Of a DNA stretch of 64,000 nt, positions 1-10,346 are shown piece by piece. The notes below the pieces were generated by a model that saw only the letters and a list, made by a program, of their open reading frames with translations, was not told the origin of the DNA and did no database searches. Both the position numbers and the translations under genes were made by a program. The DNA is from an uncultured Candidatus Rokubacteria bacterium (GTDB taxonomy: Bacteria; Methylomirabilota; Methylomirabilia; Rokubacteriales; CSP1-6). Every line of letters starts with the position of its first letter. Within the stretch, counting starts at the first letter, position 1. The stretch is from contig CAWBMV010000034.1 of assembly GCA_963789955.1 (NCBI GenBank), forward strand, positions 672,001 through 736,000, in the 5' to 3' direction.

Positions 1-620
1 GCGGCCCGGGCGCGGGCCCGGTCGGCGTCAAGGCGCACCTCGAGCCGTTCCTGCCGGTGCCCGTCGTCACGAAGGACGGCGACGAGTACGCGCTCGACTG
101 GAAGCGGCCGCGGTCGATCGGCAAGCTGCAGGCCTTCTGGGGCAACTTCGGGATGCTCGTGCGCGCCTACACCTACATCCGCACGATGGGACCCGACGGG
201 CTCCGATCCGTCTCCGACAACGCGATCCTGAACGCGAACTACATCATGAAGCGGCTCGAGCAGGTTTACGATGTCGCGGTGCCCGGGCCCTGCATGCACG
301 AGTGCGTGCTGTCGGCGCGGCGTCAAAAGAAACTGGGAGTTACGGCGACCGATATTGCCAAGCGCCTCCTCGATCTCGGCTTCTACGCGCCGTCGACCTA
401 CTTTCCGCTGATCGTCGAGGAAGCGCTGATGATCGAGCCGACCGAGACCGAGGCGAAGGAGACGCTCGACGCGTTCTGCGACGCGATGATCCAGATCGCG
501 CGCGAGGCCGAGACGAACCCCGCGGTGATCCACGACGCGCCGGTCACCACGTCGGTGCGACGGCTCGATCAGACGAAGGCCGCGCGCGAGCCGAATCTGC
601 GCTGGACGCCTCGCGCCTAG
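1..620 (+). CDS. gcvPB: Glycine dehydrogenase (decarboxylating) subunit 2, 5'-truncated by the window edge
   Basis: Open frame from base 3: [11 protein letters not shown]...FWGNFG..RAYTYI...NANY...[34 protein letters not shown], the GcvPB C-terminal signature. Confidence 0.95.
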   Translation, partial: GPGAGPVGVKAHLEPFLPVPVVTKDGDEYALDWKRPRSIGKLQAFWGNFGMLVRAYTYIRTMGPDGLRSVSDNAILNANYIMKRLEQVYDVAVPGPCMHECVLSARRQKKLGVTATDIAKRLLDLGFYAPSTYFPLIVEEALMIEPTETEAKETLDAFCDAMIQIAREAETNPAVIHDAPVTTSVRRLDQTKAAREPNLRWTPRA

Positions 621-637
621 CTCGCCGCCGGCATGGC

Positions 638-666
638 TTGCTGCCTTCTACGGCGGCGGCTATAGT
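638..666 (+). promoter_or_regulatory. Sigma70-like promoter TTGCTG-N17-TATAGT
   Basis: Near-consensus hexamers with 17-nt spacing upstream of the serine hydrolase; RBS GGAGG at 744-748. Confidence 0.55.
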
Positions 667-754
667 GCCCGCGATGACCGGACCGACTCGCCCGTCGCGA
701 GACCCGCGCGGTCGCCGGTCGAAATCCACCGAGTCGCGTGCCGGGAGGTGCGCC

Positions 755-2019
755 ATGCGCAGACGGGTGCTGCTTGCTCTCCTTCGTTCTGTTGCTCGTT
801 GCTCCCATCAGCGCGCGCGCGCTCCCGCCAGGGACTCCCGAGGAAGTCGGCCTGTCCAAGGAGCGACTGGCGCGAATCGGACAGATGCTGAACGGTCAGA
901 TCGAGATGCGCAGCTTTCCGGGCGCCGTCGCGCTTGTCGCGCGGAAGGGGCGCGTCGCGTACTTCGAAGCCGTCGGGCAGCTCGACCCGAAGACCGGCTC
1001 GCCGATGTCGAAGGACGCGATCTTCCGGCTCTACTCGATGACGAAGCCGTTCACGTCGGTGGCCGCGATGATCCTCGTCGAGGAGGGGCGCCTGCGCCTG
1101 ACCGATCCGGTCGGCACGTACCTGCCGAAGCTCCTGAAGCTGGACGTGGCGGCGCAGGGCACGGACTCGAACGGAAAGGCCACCTACACGGTCGTCCCGT
1201 CCGAGCGTCCGGTGACGGTCTACGATCTCATGCGCCACACCTCGGGGCTGGTCTATGCGGGATCCACGCGCAACGAATACGTGAAGGATCTGTACGCGAA
1301 GGAGAACGTCGGGTGGTCCGGCGTCACCCCGGCCGAGCAGGTCGAGGCGCTCGCCAAGGTTCCCCTGGCCCGTCAGCCCGGGACGATGTGGGAATATGGC
1401 CTTTCGACCGACGTGGTCGGACGCGTTGTCGAGTCGGTCGCGGGCATGCCGCTCGGGCGATTTCTCGACGAGCGCCTCTTTCGCCCGCTCGGGATGAAGG
1501 ATACGACGTTCCTCGTGCCGCCCGACAAGGTCAAGCGTCTGGCCCAGCCCCTCGCCGTCGATCGCGCGACGGGCAAGCCGATCACCCTGCACGACGTCAC
1601 GGTCGCGCCGAAGAACGACGCGGGCGGCGCCGGCGCCGCCGGGACCGCGATGGACTATGCGCGCTTCCTGCAGATGCTGGCGAACGGCGGCTATCTGGAC
1701 AGTAAGTGGATCCTCGCCGGGACGACCGTCCGTCTCATGACCGCGGATCACCTCGGCGACATCAAGCCCGCCATCCCGCTGCTCGCGCCGGGCTACGGCT
1801 TCGGTCTGGGCTTCGCGATCCGCCGCGCGGACGGTCTCGAACGGCGTCGCCGGCTCCGCCGGCGAATACAACTGGGGCGGAGCGGGCGGCACGATGTTCT
1901 GGGTGGATCCGAGAGAGCAGCTGGTCGCCGTGCTGATGACCCAGGCGCAGCCCGGACCCTGGCAGCGTGAGTTTCGCGAGCTGTTCCGCCAGCTCGTCTA
2001 CCAGGCCATCGTCGACTGA
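755..2019 (+). CDS. Secreted serine hydrolase, beta-lactamase class C/esterase family (two frameshifts, near 780 and 1840)
   Basis: SxxK motif FRLYSMTKP, LMRHTSGL, WEYGLSTD. The C-terminus YNWGGAGGTMFWVDP...LVYQAIVD* is in another frame. ATG 755 follows GGAGG. Confidence 0.85.
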
Positions 2020-2074
2020 CCGCCGCGCTCGAGAGCGCTGAGCGTCCATCACGGTCCCATGCGATGCTAGGGCC

Positions 2075-2878
2075 GTGACGGACACCTGGCGCCTGCTCGT
2101 GACCGAGCCCACCGATGGCGCCACGAACATGGCGATCGACGAAGCGGTGTGGCTCGGGCGGCGCGCGGGCTCCTCGCCGCCGACCGTGCGGTTCTTCGCG
2201 TGGGAGCCGCCCACCATCTCGCTCGGCTACGGCCAGCCGCTCGATCGCCACGTCGACCTCGCCGCGTGCCACCGCTTCGGAGTCGGCATCGTCCGGCGAC
2301 TCACCGGCGGGAGCGCCATCTACCACGACGGTCCCGAGCGCGAGCTGACGTACAGCGTCGTGGCATCCGCGGACGACATCGGCGGCGGCGCGCGCGACCT
2401 GCTGCACAGCTATCAGTGGATCGGCCGTGCGCTGGCCACCGGACTCCGAGCGCTCGGCGCCCCGGTCGAGATGGTCGGCGTCGCGCGCGGCGACGAGCCG
2501 ACCCCCGCGTTTTGCTTCGCGCGCACGGGAAGCTGCGAGATCGAGCTGGGCGGGCGCAAGCTCGTCGGCAGCGCGCAGCGGCGCTACGGCCAAACCTTTC
2601 TCCAGCACGGATCGATCCTGCTCGGCGTCGATGCGGCTCGCCTGGCCGCGGTCTTCCCGACGACCGCCGATCCGCTCGCGACCTTGACGACGCTCGAGGC
2701 GGCGCTCGGTCATCGACCCAAATTCGACGACGTGGCCGCCGCGCTCGCGGCGGCGTTCGAGCGCGAGCACGGCATCGACCTCCGGCCCGACGGACTCGAC
2801 GCGCAGGAGACCGCGACGGTCGAGCGCCTCGTGCGCGACAAGTACGCCACCGACGCCTGGCTCACGGGTCCGGCGTGA
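2075..2878 (+). CDS. lipM: Lipoate-protein ligase A family / LipM-like octanoyltransferase
   Basis: NMAIDEA, RRLTGGSAIYH, KLVGSAQRR, LQHGSI; catalytic domain only; near gcv genes. Confidence 0.8.
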   Translation: MTDTWRLLVTEPTDGATNMAIDEAVWLGRRAGSSPPTVRFFAWEPPTISLGYGQPLDRHVDLAACHRFGVGIVRRLTGGSAIYHDGPERELTYSVVASADDIGGGARDLLHSYQWIGRALATGLRALGAPVEMVGVARGDEPTPAFCFARTGSCEIELGGRKLVGSAQRRYGQTFLQHGSILLGVDAARLAAVFPTTADPLATLTTLEAALGHRPKFDDVAAALAAAFEREHGIDLRPDGLDAQETATVERLVRDKYATDAWLTGPA

Positions 2879-3315
2879 GCCGCGAGTATCCGGACTATCC
2901 GCGGGTCGGCGTCGGCGCCGTCATCCTCCACGAGGACAAGGTGCTGCTCGTGCGGCGCGGCAAGGCGCCGTCGTTCGGCAAGTGGAGCCTGCCCGGCGGT
3001 CTCGTCGAGCTCGGCGAGTCGACCAAGGAGGCCATCGAGCGCGAGATCCGCGAGGAGTGCGGGATCAAGATCCGCGTCGTCGACGTGGCGGGCGTCATCG
3101 ACCGCGTCGTGAAGGATGACGCGGGTCGCGTCCGCTATCATTACGTGCTGGTGGATTACCTGGCGTATCCCGATTCGCTGGACGTCGAGGCGGGCGACGA
3201 TGCCGCCGAGGCGCAATGGTTCGAGATCGGCCGCCTGGCCGAGCTCGACACCACCCAGGGCCTCCTGGACATGATCCGGCGAGCCGAGACGCTGAGAGGA
3301 GGAACGCGCGGGTGA
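2875..3315 (+). CDS. NUDIX hydrolase
   Basis: Nudix box GGLVELGESTKEAIEREIREECG; GTGA overlap with the upstream stop. Confidence 0.9.
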   Translation: MSREYPDYPRVGVGAVILHEDKVLLVRRGKAPSFGKWSLPGGLVELGESTKEAIEREIREECGIKIRVVDVAGVIDRVVKDDAGRVRYHYVLVDYLAYPDSLDVEAGDDAAEAQWFEIGRLAELDTTQGLLDMIRRAETLRGGTRG

Positions 3316-4797
3316 AAGTCGACATCGTCACCAAGCGACTCGAAGAGGTCCCGGCCGACGCGCTCGTGGTCGGTCTCCACGTCGGCGAAACGAAGCTGCC
3401 GGAGCGTCTGGCGCGCCTCGATCGCGCGGCGCAGGGGCAGCTCAAGCGGGTGCTCGACGCCGAGAAGTTCTCAGGGAAAGCCGGCCAGGTGACGCACGCG
3501 CACGCCGACGGACGGCGCATCGTCGTCGCCGGGCTCGGCCCGCGGGCCGAGGCGAGCTCCGAGGTTCTGCGCCGGGCGGCGGCGGCGGCGGTGCGCCGGG
3601 CCCGCGATCTCGGCGCGCGCACGGTGGCCGCCGAAGCTCCTCGGCGATCGGCTCACCGCGCGCCAGCGCGCGCAGGCCGTCGTGGAGGGCGCGATTCTCG
3701 GCACGTACCACTTCGACCGGTACAAGCGCGAGAAAGCCGAGAGGATCGTCACCGAGCTCCGCCTGGTCGAGCCCGACGCGCGCCGCGCGCGCGAGGCCAA
3801 GGACGGCATGCGACGAGGGGAGAGCTTCGCGCTGGCCACGGCGTTCGCGCGCGACCTGATCAACGCGCCCGCCAACGATCTGCACCCGACCGATCTCGCG
3901 CGCGCCGCCACCGAGCTGGGGAAAGAGTCGCGCATCGAGGTCAAGGTGTTCGAGCAGGCCGAGTGCCAGAAGATGGGGATGGGCGCGTTTCTCGGCGTGG
4001 CCGCCGGGAGCGAGCAGCCGCCGAAGTTCATTCACCTGACCTACAGCCCGTCCGGCCGGCCCGCCGCGGGGCGCAAGCGCAAGAAGATCGTGCTCATCGG
4101 CAAGGGCATCACGTTCGACTCCGGCGGGCTCGACCTCAAGCCCCCCGACGGCATGCTGCGCATGAAGTACGACATGGCCGGCGCCGCGGCCGTGCTCGGC
4201 ATCATGCACGCGCTGCCCGCGCTCAAGCCCGCCGCCGAGGTCCACGGACTGATCGCGGCGACCGAGAACATGCCGTCCGGCTCGGCCATTCGTCCGGGCG
4301 ATGTGCTGAGGGCCATGAACGGCACCACGATCGAGATCGGCAACACCGACGCCGAGGGGCGCCTGACCCTGGCCGACGGCCTGTGCTACGCGAACACGAA
4401 CATCCAGGCCGACGAGATCATCGACATGGCGACCTTGACCGGCGCCTGCGTCATCGCGCTCGGCCAGCTCTGCTCGGGGCTCATGGCGAACAACCAGCCG
4501 CTGGCGAATCGCCTCATGAAGGCGGCGGAAGCGGCCGGCGAGCGGCTCTGGCAGCTGCCGCTGATCGACGAGTATCGCGACAATCTCAAGAGCGAGGTGG
4601 CCGACCTCAACAACGTCGGTCCGCGCGGCGGCGGCGCCATCACGGCCGGGCTCTTTCTCAAGGAGTTCGCGGGCAAGACTCCGTGGGCGCACCTGGACAT
4701 CGCGGGGCCGGCCTTCACCGAGAAGGACCTGCCACTGGCGCCGAAGGGCGCGACCGGATTCGCGGTGCGTACGGTCCTCACGTACCTGAGCGACTGA
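3312..4797 (+). CDS. pepA: Leucyl aminopeptidase M17 (frameshift near 3640)
   Basis: GKGITFDSGG, MKYDMAGAA, NTDAEGRL, DMATLTGA, WAHLDIAG; N-terminal domain from GTG 3312 lies in another frame. Confidence 0.92.
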
Positions 4798-4800
4798 GCC

Positions 4801-5684
4801 GTGGCGGGCGCGGTCGATCTGCATTCGCATACGACCGCGTCCGACGGCACTCTGGCGCCGCGCGAGCTGGTACGGCTGGCCGCGCGCCACGGCGTCCGGG
4901 TCCTCGCCGTGACCGATCACGACTCCACCGGCGGCGTCCGGGAGGCCATGGACGAGGCGCGCAGCCTGCCGCCCCTCGAGATCGTCCCCGGCCTCGAGAT
5001 CAATTGCGACGTGCCCGGCGCCGAGATCCACGTGCTCGGCTACTGTGTCGACTGGGAAGCGCCGTGGTTCCAGGAATTTCTCGGCGCGCAGCGGGAGGAG
5101 CGACGGCAGCGCGTCTACCGGATCGCGGCGCGGCTCGGCGAGCTCGGCATGCCGATCGAGCCCGACGCGGTCTTCGCCCTCGTGAAGGAAGGCTCGGCCG
5201 GCCGCCCGCACGTGGCGCAGGCGATGGTCGACCGCGGCTACGTGAAGTCGATCCGCGAGGCGTTCGATCGCTACCTCTCGCTGAACGGTCCCGCGAACGT
5301 GCCGCGCCGGCGGCTCACACCCGTCGAAGCCGTCCGCATCATCCGACGCGCGCGCGGTGTGCCGGTGCTCGCTCACCCCGGGCTCGCGAATCGCGACGAG
5401 CTGATTCCCGAGCTGGTCGACGCCGGGCTCCTCGGGATCGAGGCGTTCTATCCGGAGCACTCGTCCGGGCAGATCACGATGTATCGCGAGATGTGCTCGC
5501 GGCTCGGCCTGGTCGCCACGGGAGGCTCCGACTTTCACGGCCCGCGCGTCGGCGGTGTCCGGCATCCCGGCGTCCAGCCGGTTCCGGACGACGCCTGGCA
5601 GGAATTGCGGCGCCGCCTCGCGCGGCTGGCCGAGGATGCGCCGAGCGCGCCCCCAGCGCCCCCGCGCCGAACCCGGCGCGATGA
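4801..5684 (+). CDS. PHP-domain phosphoesterase (TrpH/YciV-like); true stop probably TGA 5682-5684 after a 3' frameshift
   Basis: DLHSHTTASDG, AVTDHD, HVLGY, GRPHVA, LAHPG, GGSDFHG. Confidence 0.85.
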
Positions 5685-6064
5685 CCACGATCCAGGCGCA
5701 GATCTTCGGCTTCACGGATTGCCAGGACACGCGCAAGGCGCAGCGCTTCTTCAAGGAGCGCGGCGTCACCGTCCACTTCGTCGACCTGAAGGAGCGCCCG
5801 GCGGCGCGCGGCGAGCTCAGACGGTTCGCCGAGAAATTCGGCGCCGCGGCGCTGATCGATCGCGAGGGCGCGCGCTACAAAGCGCTCGGCCTGCGCGTCG
5901 CCCTCGACTCGCCCGAGCGCCTGCTCGAGCGCGCGTTGACCGAGCCGCGCCTGCTCCGGACTCCGCTCGTGCGGTGCGGAGGGCGCGTGGCGATCGGTCA
6001 CGCGCCCGACGTGTGGCAGGAGTGGCTGGAGACCGCGAAGCAGGGAGGGGGCAAGCCCGCATGA
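5681..6064 (+). CDS. ArsC/Spx family thioredoxin-fold protein
   Basis: GFTDCQDTRKAQRFFKERG...PRLLRTPLVR. Confidence 0.8.
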   Translation: MTTIQAQIFGFTDCQDTRKAQRFFKERGVTVHFVDLKERPAARGELRRFAEKFGAAALIDREGARYKALGLRVALDSPERLLERALTEPRLLRTPLVRCGGRVAIGHAPDVWQEWLETAKQGGGKPA

Positions 6065-7207
6065 CTCCGCGTCCGTTCACGATCAAGGTCGCCGACGAGG
6101 TGCTGGCCGATCTCCGCGCTCGGCTCGAGCGCGTGCGCTGGCCCGACGAGGCTCCGGACGCCGGCGTGGCGCTACGGCACGAGCGTCGCGTACATGAAGG
6201 AGCTGGTCGAGTACTGGCGCACGCGCTACGACTGGCGCGCGCACGAGTCGCGGCTGAACACCGTGCGGCAGTTCACGGTCGAGCTCGACGGGATCGACCT
6301 CCACTTCATCCACGAGCCCGGCGTGGGGCCCGCGCCGATGCCGCTCCTGCTCTCGCACGGGTGGCCCGGATCGATCGTGGAGTTCGAGCGGATCTTGCCG
6401 ATGCTGACCGATCCCGCGCGCTTCGGCGGCGATCCGGCGGACGCGTTCACCGTCGTCGCGCCGTCGCTGCCGGGCTACGGATTCTCCTTCCGCGCGAATC
6501 AGCCGCGCTTCGGCGTCGAGGAGATCGCCGACACGTTCGCGCGACTCATGACCGACGTCCTCGGCTACCGCCGCTTCGCCGCGCAGGGCGGCGACTGGGG
6601 CGCCTTCATCACGTCAAGGCTCGGTCTGCAGTACCCCGAGCGCCTGGCCGGTATCCACCTGAACCTGCTCGCGGTACGCCGCGACCCGACGCTGCCCGAC
6701 ACGCCGACCGCGGAGGAGCGCGCGTACATCAAGCAGCTCCAGACCTGGCAGCGCGAGGAAACGGGCTACCAGTGGATCCAGGGCACGCGGCCCCAGACCT
6801 TGGCCTACGGTCTCAGCGACTCCCCGGTCGGGCTGGCGGCGTGGATCGTCGAGAAGTTCCGGACGTGGAGCGACTGCGGCGGCGACGTCGAGCGCAGCTT
6901 CTCGAAGGACACTTTGCTCACCAACGTGACGGTCTACTGGGTCACCGGGGCCATCAACTCGTCGTTCTGGCCGTACTACGCGCGCTTCCACCGTCCGTGG
7001 CCGCTGCCGGACGGCAAGCGCATCACGGTGCCCACGGCGTACGCCGCGTTTCCGCGCGAGATCCTGCTGCCGCCGCGCGCGTGGGCCGAGCGCGCCTACA
7101 ACATCCAGCGCTGGACCACGATGCCGGCCGGCGGCCACTTCGCCGCCCTCGAACAACCCGAGGCGCTGGCCGCCGACATTCGCGCCTTCTTCCGCCCGCT
7201 CCGCTGA
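6061..7207 (+). CDS. Epoxide hydrolase with EHN domain (frameshift near 6165)
   Basis: PFTIKVADEVLADLRARL..RWPD, HGWPGS, PSLPGYGFS, QGGDWG, GGHFAALEQP. Confidence 0.9.
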
Positions 7208-7283
7208 TCGCGCAGAGTCGCCCGGAAGCTGGGCCAGGCCGGCGAGGCAGCCTGGCCCGCTTCCCGCTCGACTCGCCCCGATC
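7206..7283. terminator. Long interrupted hairpin between convergent genes
   Basis: Nested arms GATCG/CGATC, GAGTCG/CGACTC, GGAAGC/GCTTCC, GGGCCAGGC/GCCTGGCCC; no U-tract. Confidence 0.5.
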
Positions 7284-7669
7284 TAGCCGATGATTCGACG
7301 AGCCTTGGCGGGATTCGAGACCGTGATGATCACGGTCGCGCCGCCGCGCCCGGCGGTGGTCGCATAGGCCGATTTGATGTTGACGCCGCCGCGCGCGAGC
7401 TTGTCGGCGACTCGCGCGAGCGCCCCGGGCTTGTTGCTGACCCGCTTGGCGAACGCGACTTCTTCGGTGAAGCGCACGCGCGCCTTCCGCAGCGCACGCT
7501 TGGCGAGGGTCGGCTTGTTGACGACCATGCGAATCTTGCCCCGCCCCGCGGCCTCGGCCGCCGAGAGCGAGAGAATGTTGACCCTGGCGTCGGCCAGCGC
7601 GCGGCCGATTCCCGCGAGAACGCCTCTCTTGGACCGGAGCGTCAGGACGAGCTGACTCGTCTTGGGCAT
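7283..7669 (-). CDS. Tandem ACT-domain protein
   Basis: SKRGVLAGIGRALADARVNILSLS and NKPGALARVADKLARGGVNIKSAY; start MPKTSQ after a GGAG RBS. Confidence 0.85.
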   Translation of the reverse strand: MPKTSQLVLTLRSKRGVLAGIGRALADARVNILSLSAAEAAGRGKIRMVVNKPTLAKRALRKARVRFTEEVAFAKRVSNKPGALARVADKLARGGVNIKSAYATTAGRGGATVIITVSNPAKARRIIG

Positions 7670-7710
7670 CGTGCGTCTCCTTGGTCTCACTTCGGTGAGC
7701 TGCACGTCCG

Positions 7711-8560
7711 TCAGCGCGTGTAGGCGGGAAACACGCGCCGCACGCACTCCGGATCGTTCATTCCGAGCATCCCGCTGACGAGGCGGCGCGCGGCGCCGCG
7801 CACGACCACGAACGTGATGCGCGCCGTGGCGACGATCTGGTCGCCGGCGCGCGCGACGATCTCCGGTCTCTGGTAGCGCGCGATCGTCGTGGCGGGGGCG
7901 CACCGCGGCCCGGGCGCCGGTCACCGTGACGGGCGCCTCGTAGGAGGCGGGACGATGGAGCGATACGCGGAGCTCGGTCGTCATCCCCGATTCGCCGGTG
8001 GCGAGCGCGCCGAGCCAGAACGCGGCCTCGTCGAGCAGGGTGGTCAGCGCGGCGGGCGCCAGCGAGCCATCGGACCTCCGAAACGGCGCGCGCGGCTGCC
8101 ACGTCGCGCGCACCGCGTCGGCATCGAACGCCGAGCCGGGCGCGAAGCCCGAGCTCGTTGTCGGTCCCGCACGCAAAGCACGTCCGCGAGATCGGCAGCG
8201 GGTGGTCCGGTTGTCGTGCCCGTCGGCCGGAGCGCGCCGGTTTCGCGGGGCCGGCGAGGCCAGGGCGCGACGCGGCCGTCGACGAGCACACCGTCGGTCT
8301 GATCGGACAGCACGAAGGTCTCGGCCGAGGCTTCGCGGGCTCGCCGCAGGGTCAACGGCAGCGCCGAGGGGGACGCGGCGGCGATAGATCCCGGAGACTT
8401 CGCGCGGCGCGGTCGCACCCGCGAGCGTGTCGAACACCGCCAGCACCGAGCCGCCGTGCGCGGTCTCGGGGAGACCCTGCAGGGCGGGATCGAGCGTCAG
8501 GATCAGATCGGGGCCGCTGACCTCCAGAGCGTGACGTAGGGTGGCATCAATGGTGATCAT
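7711..8560 (-). CDS. Double hot-dog (PaaI-like) thioesterase, several frameshifts
   Basis: LQGLPETAHGGSVLAVFD; CFACGTDNELGL; LTTLLDEAAFW...GMTTELRVSLHRP, spread over three frames. Confidence 0.7.
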
Positions 8561-8574
8561 GCGATAATTTTCGA

Positions 8575-9756
8575 GTGTCGCCGCCCATTTTAGCCGACAA
8601 GGCTTTCGTCCGGGCGACGATCACCAACTTTTTCTTCTTCTTCAGCCTCAATTGCTTCATTCTCCTGCCGCTCTACATCGAGGGCATCGGCGGGAGCGAA
8701 GTCGAGATCGGGCTCGTGATGGGCGTCTACAACGCGATCGGCATCCTGTGCCAGCCCCTCGTGGGCCCGATGGTCGATGCGTTCGGACGGCGGCGGTTCA
8801 TGATGACCGGGGCGGGCCTGGTGATCGCGGCGGCGCTCCTGGCCACGACGACGCCGTCGATTCCGCTCCTGGCGCTCGTGCGCGCCCTTCAGGGGATCGG
8901 CTTCTCTGCGTTCTTCGTGGCGAACTATTCGTACGTGCTCGACCTGACTCCGCCCTCGCGTCGAGGCTGGGCGCTCGGGATCTACGGCGTCGCGGGGCTC
9001 GTGGCGACCGCCATCGCGCCGCTCGTCGGCGAGGCGGTGGTCCGCCGGATGGGCTTTCGCCCGCTCTTCATCCTGTCCACCGCGATGGCGATCGTCGCGG
9101 CCGGCTACGTGTGGAGCCTGCCCCGCGGGCGGCCGGGCACGCCGCTGCCGGTGGAGGGCTCGTTGTGGCAGCGCGGCGGACTCGACGAGCTCCGTCATCG
9201 CCACATGGTCGTGACACTCTTCTTCGGCCTCGGCGCCGGCACGATCTTCGTCTTCGTGCCCACCTTTGCCGATAGCCTCGGGATCGAGACACTGGCGCTC
9301 TTCTACACGGCATTCGCGGTGGCCGCGATCGGCGTGCGCGTCTTCGGGGGGCGTCTCATCGACACCCATGGGCGGCGCGCGGTGATCGTGCCGTCGATGT
9401 TCGTGCAGACCGGCGCGACCGCGCTGCTCGCGCTGCTCGGCTTCGTGGTCACCCGCACGAGCCTGACGCCGGTCGTCCCCGTGCTCGTCGTGATCGGGCT
9501 GATGTCGGGCAGCGCGCACGGTCTGCTCTATCCGGGGCTGGCGGCGATGGTGACCGATCATGCGCCGGAGACGCGGCGCGGGGTCATCGTCGCCATGTTC
9601 AGCGCCGTGTTCCTGGTCGGGCAGACGGCGGGCTCGTTCGCGTTCGGCTACGTCACGCACGCGATCGGCTACCGCTTCATGTGGATGATGCTCGCGTCGT
9701 TCTTGCTGCTCGGCGCCGCGCTCAGCATGCGGCTGGTCGAGCGTCGCGTCACCTGA
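8575..9756 (+). CDS. MFS transporter
   Basis: About 12 hydrophobic segments; motif A GPMVDAFGRRR and GRLIDTHGRR. Confidence 0.9.
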   Translation: MSPPILADKAFVRATITNFFFFFSLNCFILLPLYIEGIGGSEVEIGLVMGVYNAIGILCQPLVGPMVDAFGRRRFMMTGAGLVIAAALLATTTPSIPLLALVRALQGIGFSAFFVANYSYVLDLTPPSRRGWALGIYGVAGLVATAIAPLVGEAVVRRMGFRPLFILSTAMAIVAAGYVWSLPRGRPGTPLPVEGSLWQRGGLDELRHRHMVVTLFFGLGAGTIFVFVPTFADSLGIETLALFYTAFAVAAIGVRVFGGRLIDTHGRRAVIVPSMFVQTGATALLALLGFVVTRTSLTPVVPVLVVIGLMSGSAHGLLYPGLAAMVTDHAPETRRGVIVAMFSAVFLVGQTAGSFAFGYVTHAIGYRFMWMMLASFLLLGAALSMRLVERRVT

Positions 9757-9802
9757 CCGCCGGCGCTATACTGACTCCACCGTTTCGGGGACAGGAGCCG
9801 GC

Positions 9803-10342
9803 ATGAAGACCAAGGTCCGGATCGGCGTGATCATCCTGTTGATCTTCGCGGTGCTCGGCGTGCCCGAGCGCGCGTACGTGGCCCCGGAACGGCCGGACGT
9901 CGTGCCGCCGAAGCCGACCGGCGCGCAGGAGGTCGACGTCGTCGCGGTCATGGTCGATCAAGCCACGCAGCAGCCGACCGTCATGCTCCAGGGCAAGCGC
10001 GACAAACGCTCCGTCGCCCTCGCCATCGGGCTGGCCGAGGCGACCGGAATCGCCGTGCCGCTGCAGGGTGTGACGCCGCCGCGGCCGCTCACCCACGACC
10101 TCTTCCTGACATTGTTCGGCCGGCTCAAGGTGTCGCTCACGCGCGTCGTCATCACCGATCTGCGCGACGACATCTTCTACGCCATCATCTACCTCAACGC
10201 GGGCGGGCCCGAGTTCCAGCTCGACGCGCGCCCGTCGGACGCGATCGCGCTGGCGATCCGCGCGAAGGTGCCGGTGCTGGTCGAGGAGCGCGTCTTCGAG
10301 AAGGCCGGCACCACCGCGCCGCCACGCCGCCCGTCGATCTGA
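9803..10342 (+). CDS. Bifunctional nuclease (DUF151/BFN) domain protein with N-terminal hydrophobic segment
   Basis: IGLAEATGIA..L.G..PPRPLTHDL, DARPSDAIALAIRAKVPV; RBS AGGAG. Confidence 0.88.
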   Translation: MKTKVRIGVIILLIFAVLGVPERAYVAPERPDVVPPKPTGAQEVDVVAVMVDQATQQPTVMLQGKRDKRSVALAIGLAEATGIAVPLQGVTPPRPLTHDLFLTLFGRLKVSLTRVVITDLRDDIFYAIIYLNAGGPEFQLDARPSDAIALAIRAKVPVLVEERVFEKAGTTAPPRRPSI

Positions 10343-10346
10343 CGCC

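Noticed and set aside
670..745. Hammerhead-like GATGA...GAAA
   Set aside because: Core is GCGATGA rather than CTGATGA, and stems I/III and the stem II closing pair are not formed
3630..3660. Programmed frameshifting in pepA or other split genes
   Set aside because: No slippery heptamers noticed, and shifts occur at arbitrary positions in many unrelated genes
4801..7293. 830-aa ORF suggesting a PHP fusion protein
   Set aside because: Read-through from a frameshift near 5650; the remainder is off-frame over the ArsC-like and epoxide hydrolase genes
7283..8560. Thioesterase-ACT fusion (425 aa)
   Set aside because: Frameshift artefact; the ACT gene has its own RBS and ATG at 7669, and the thioesterase stops at 7711
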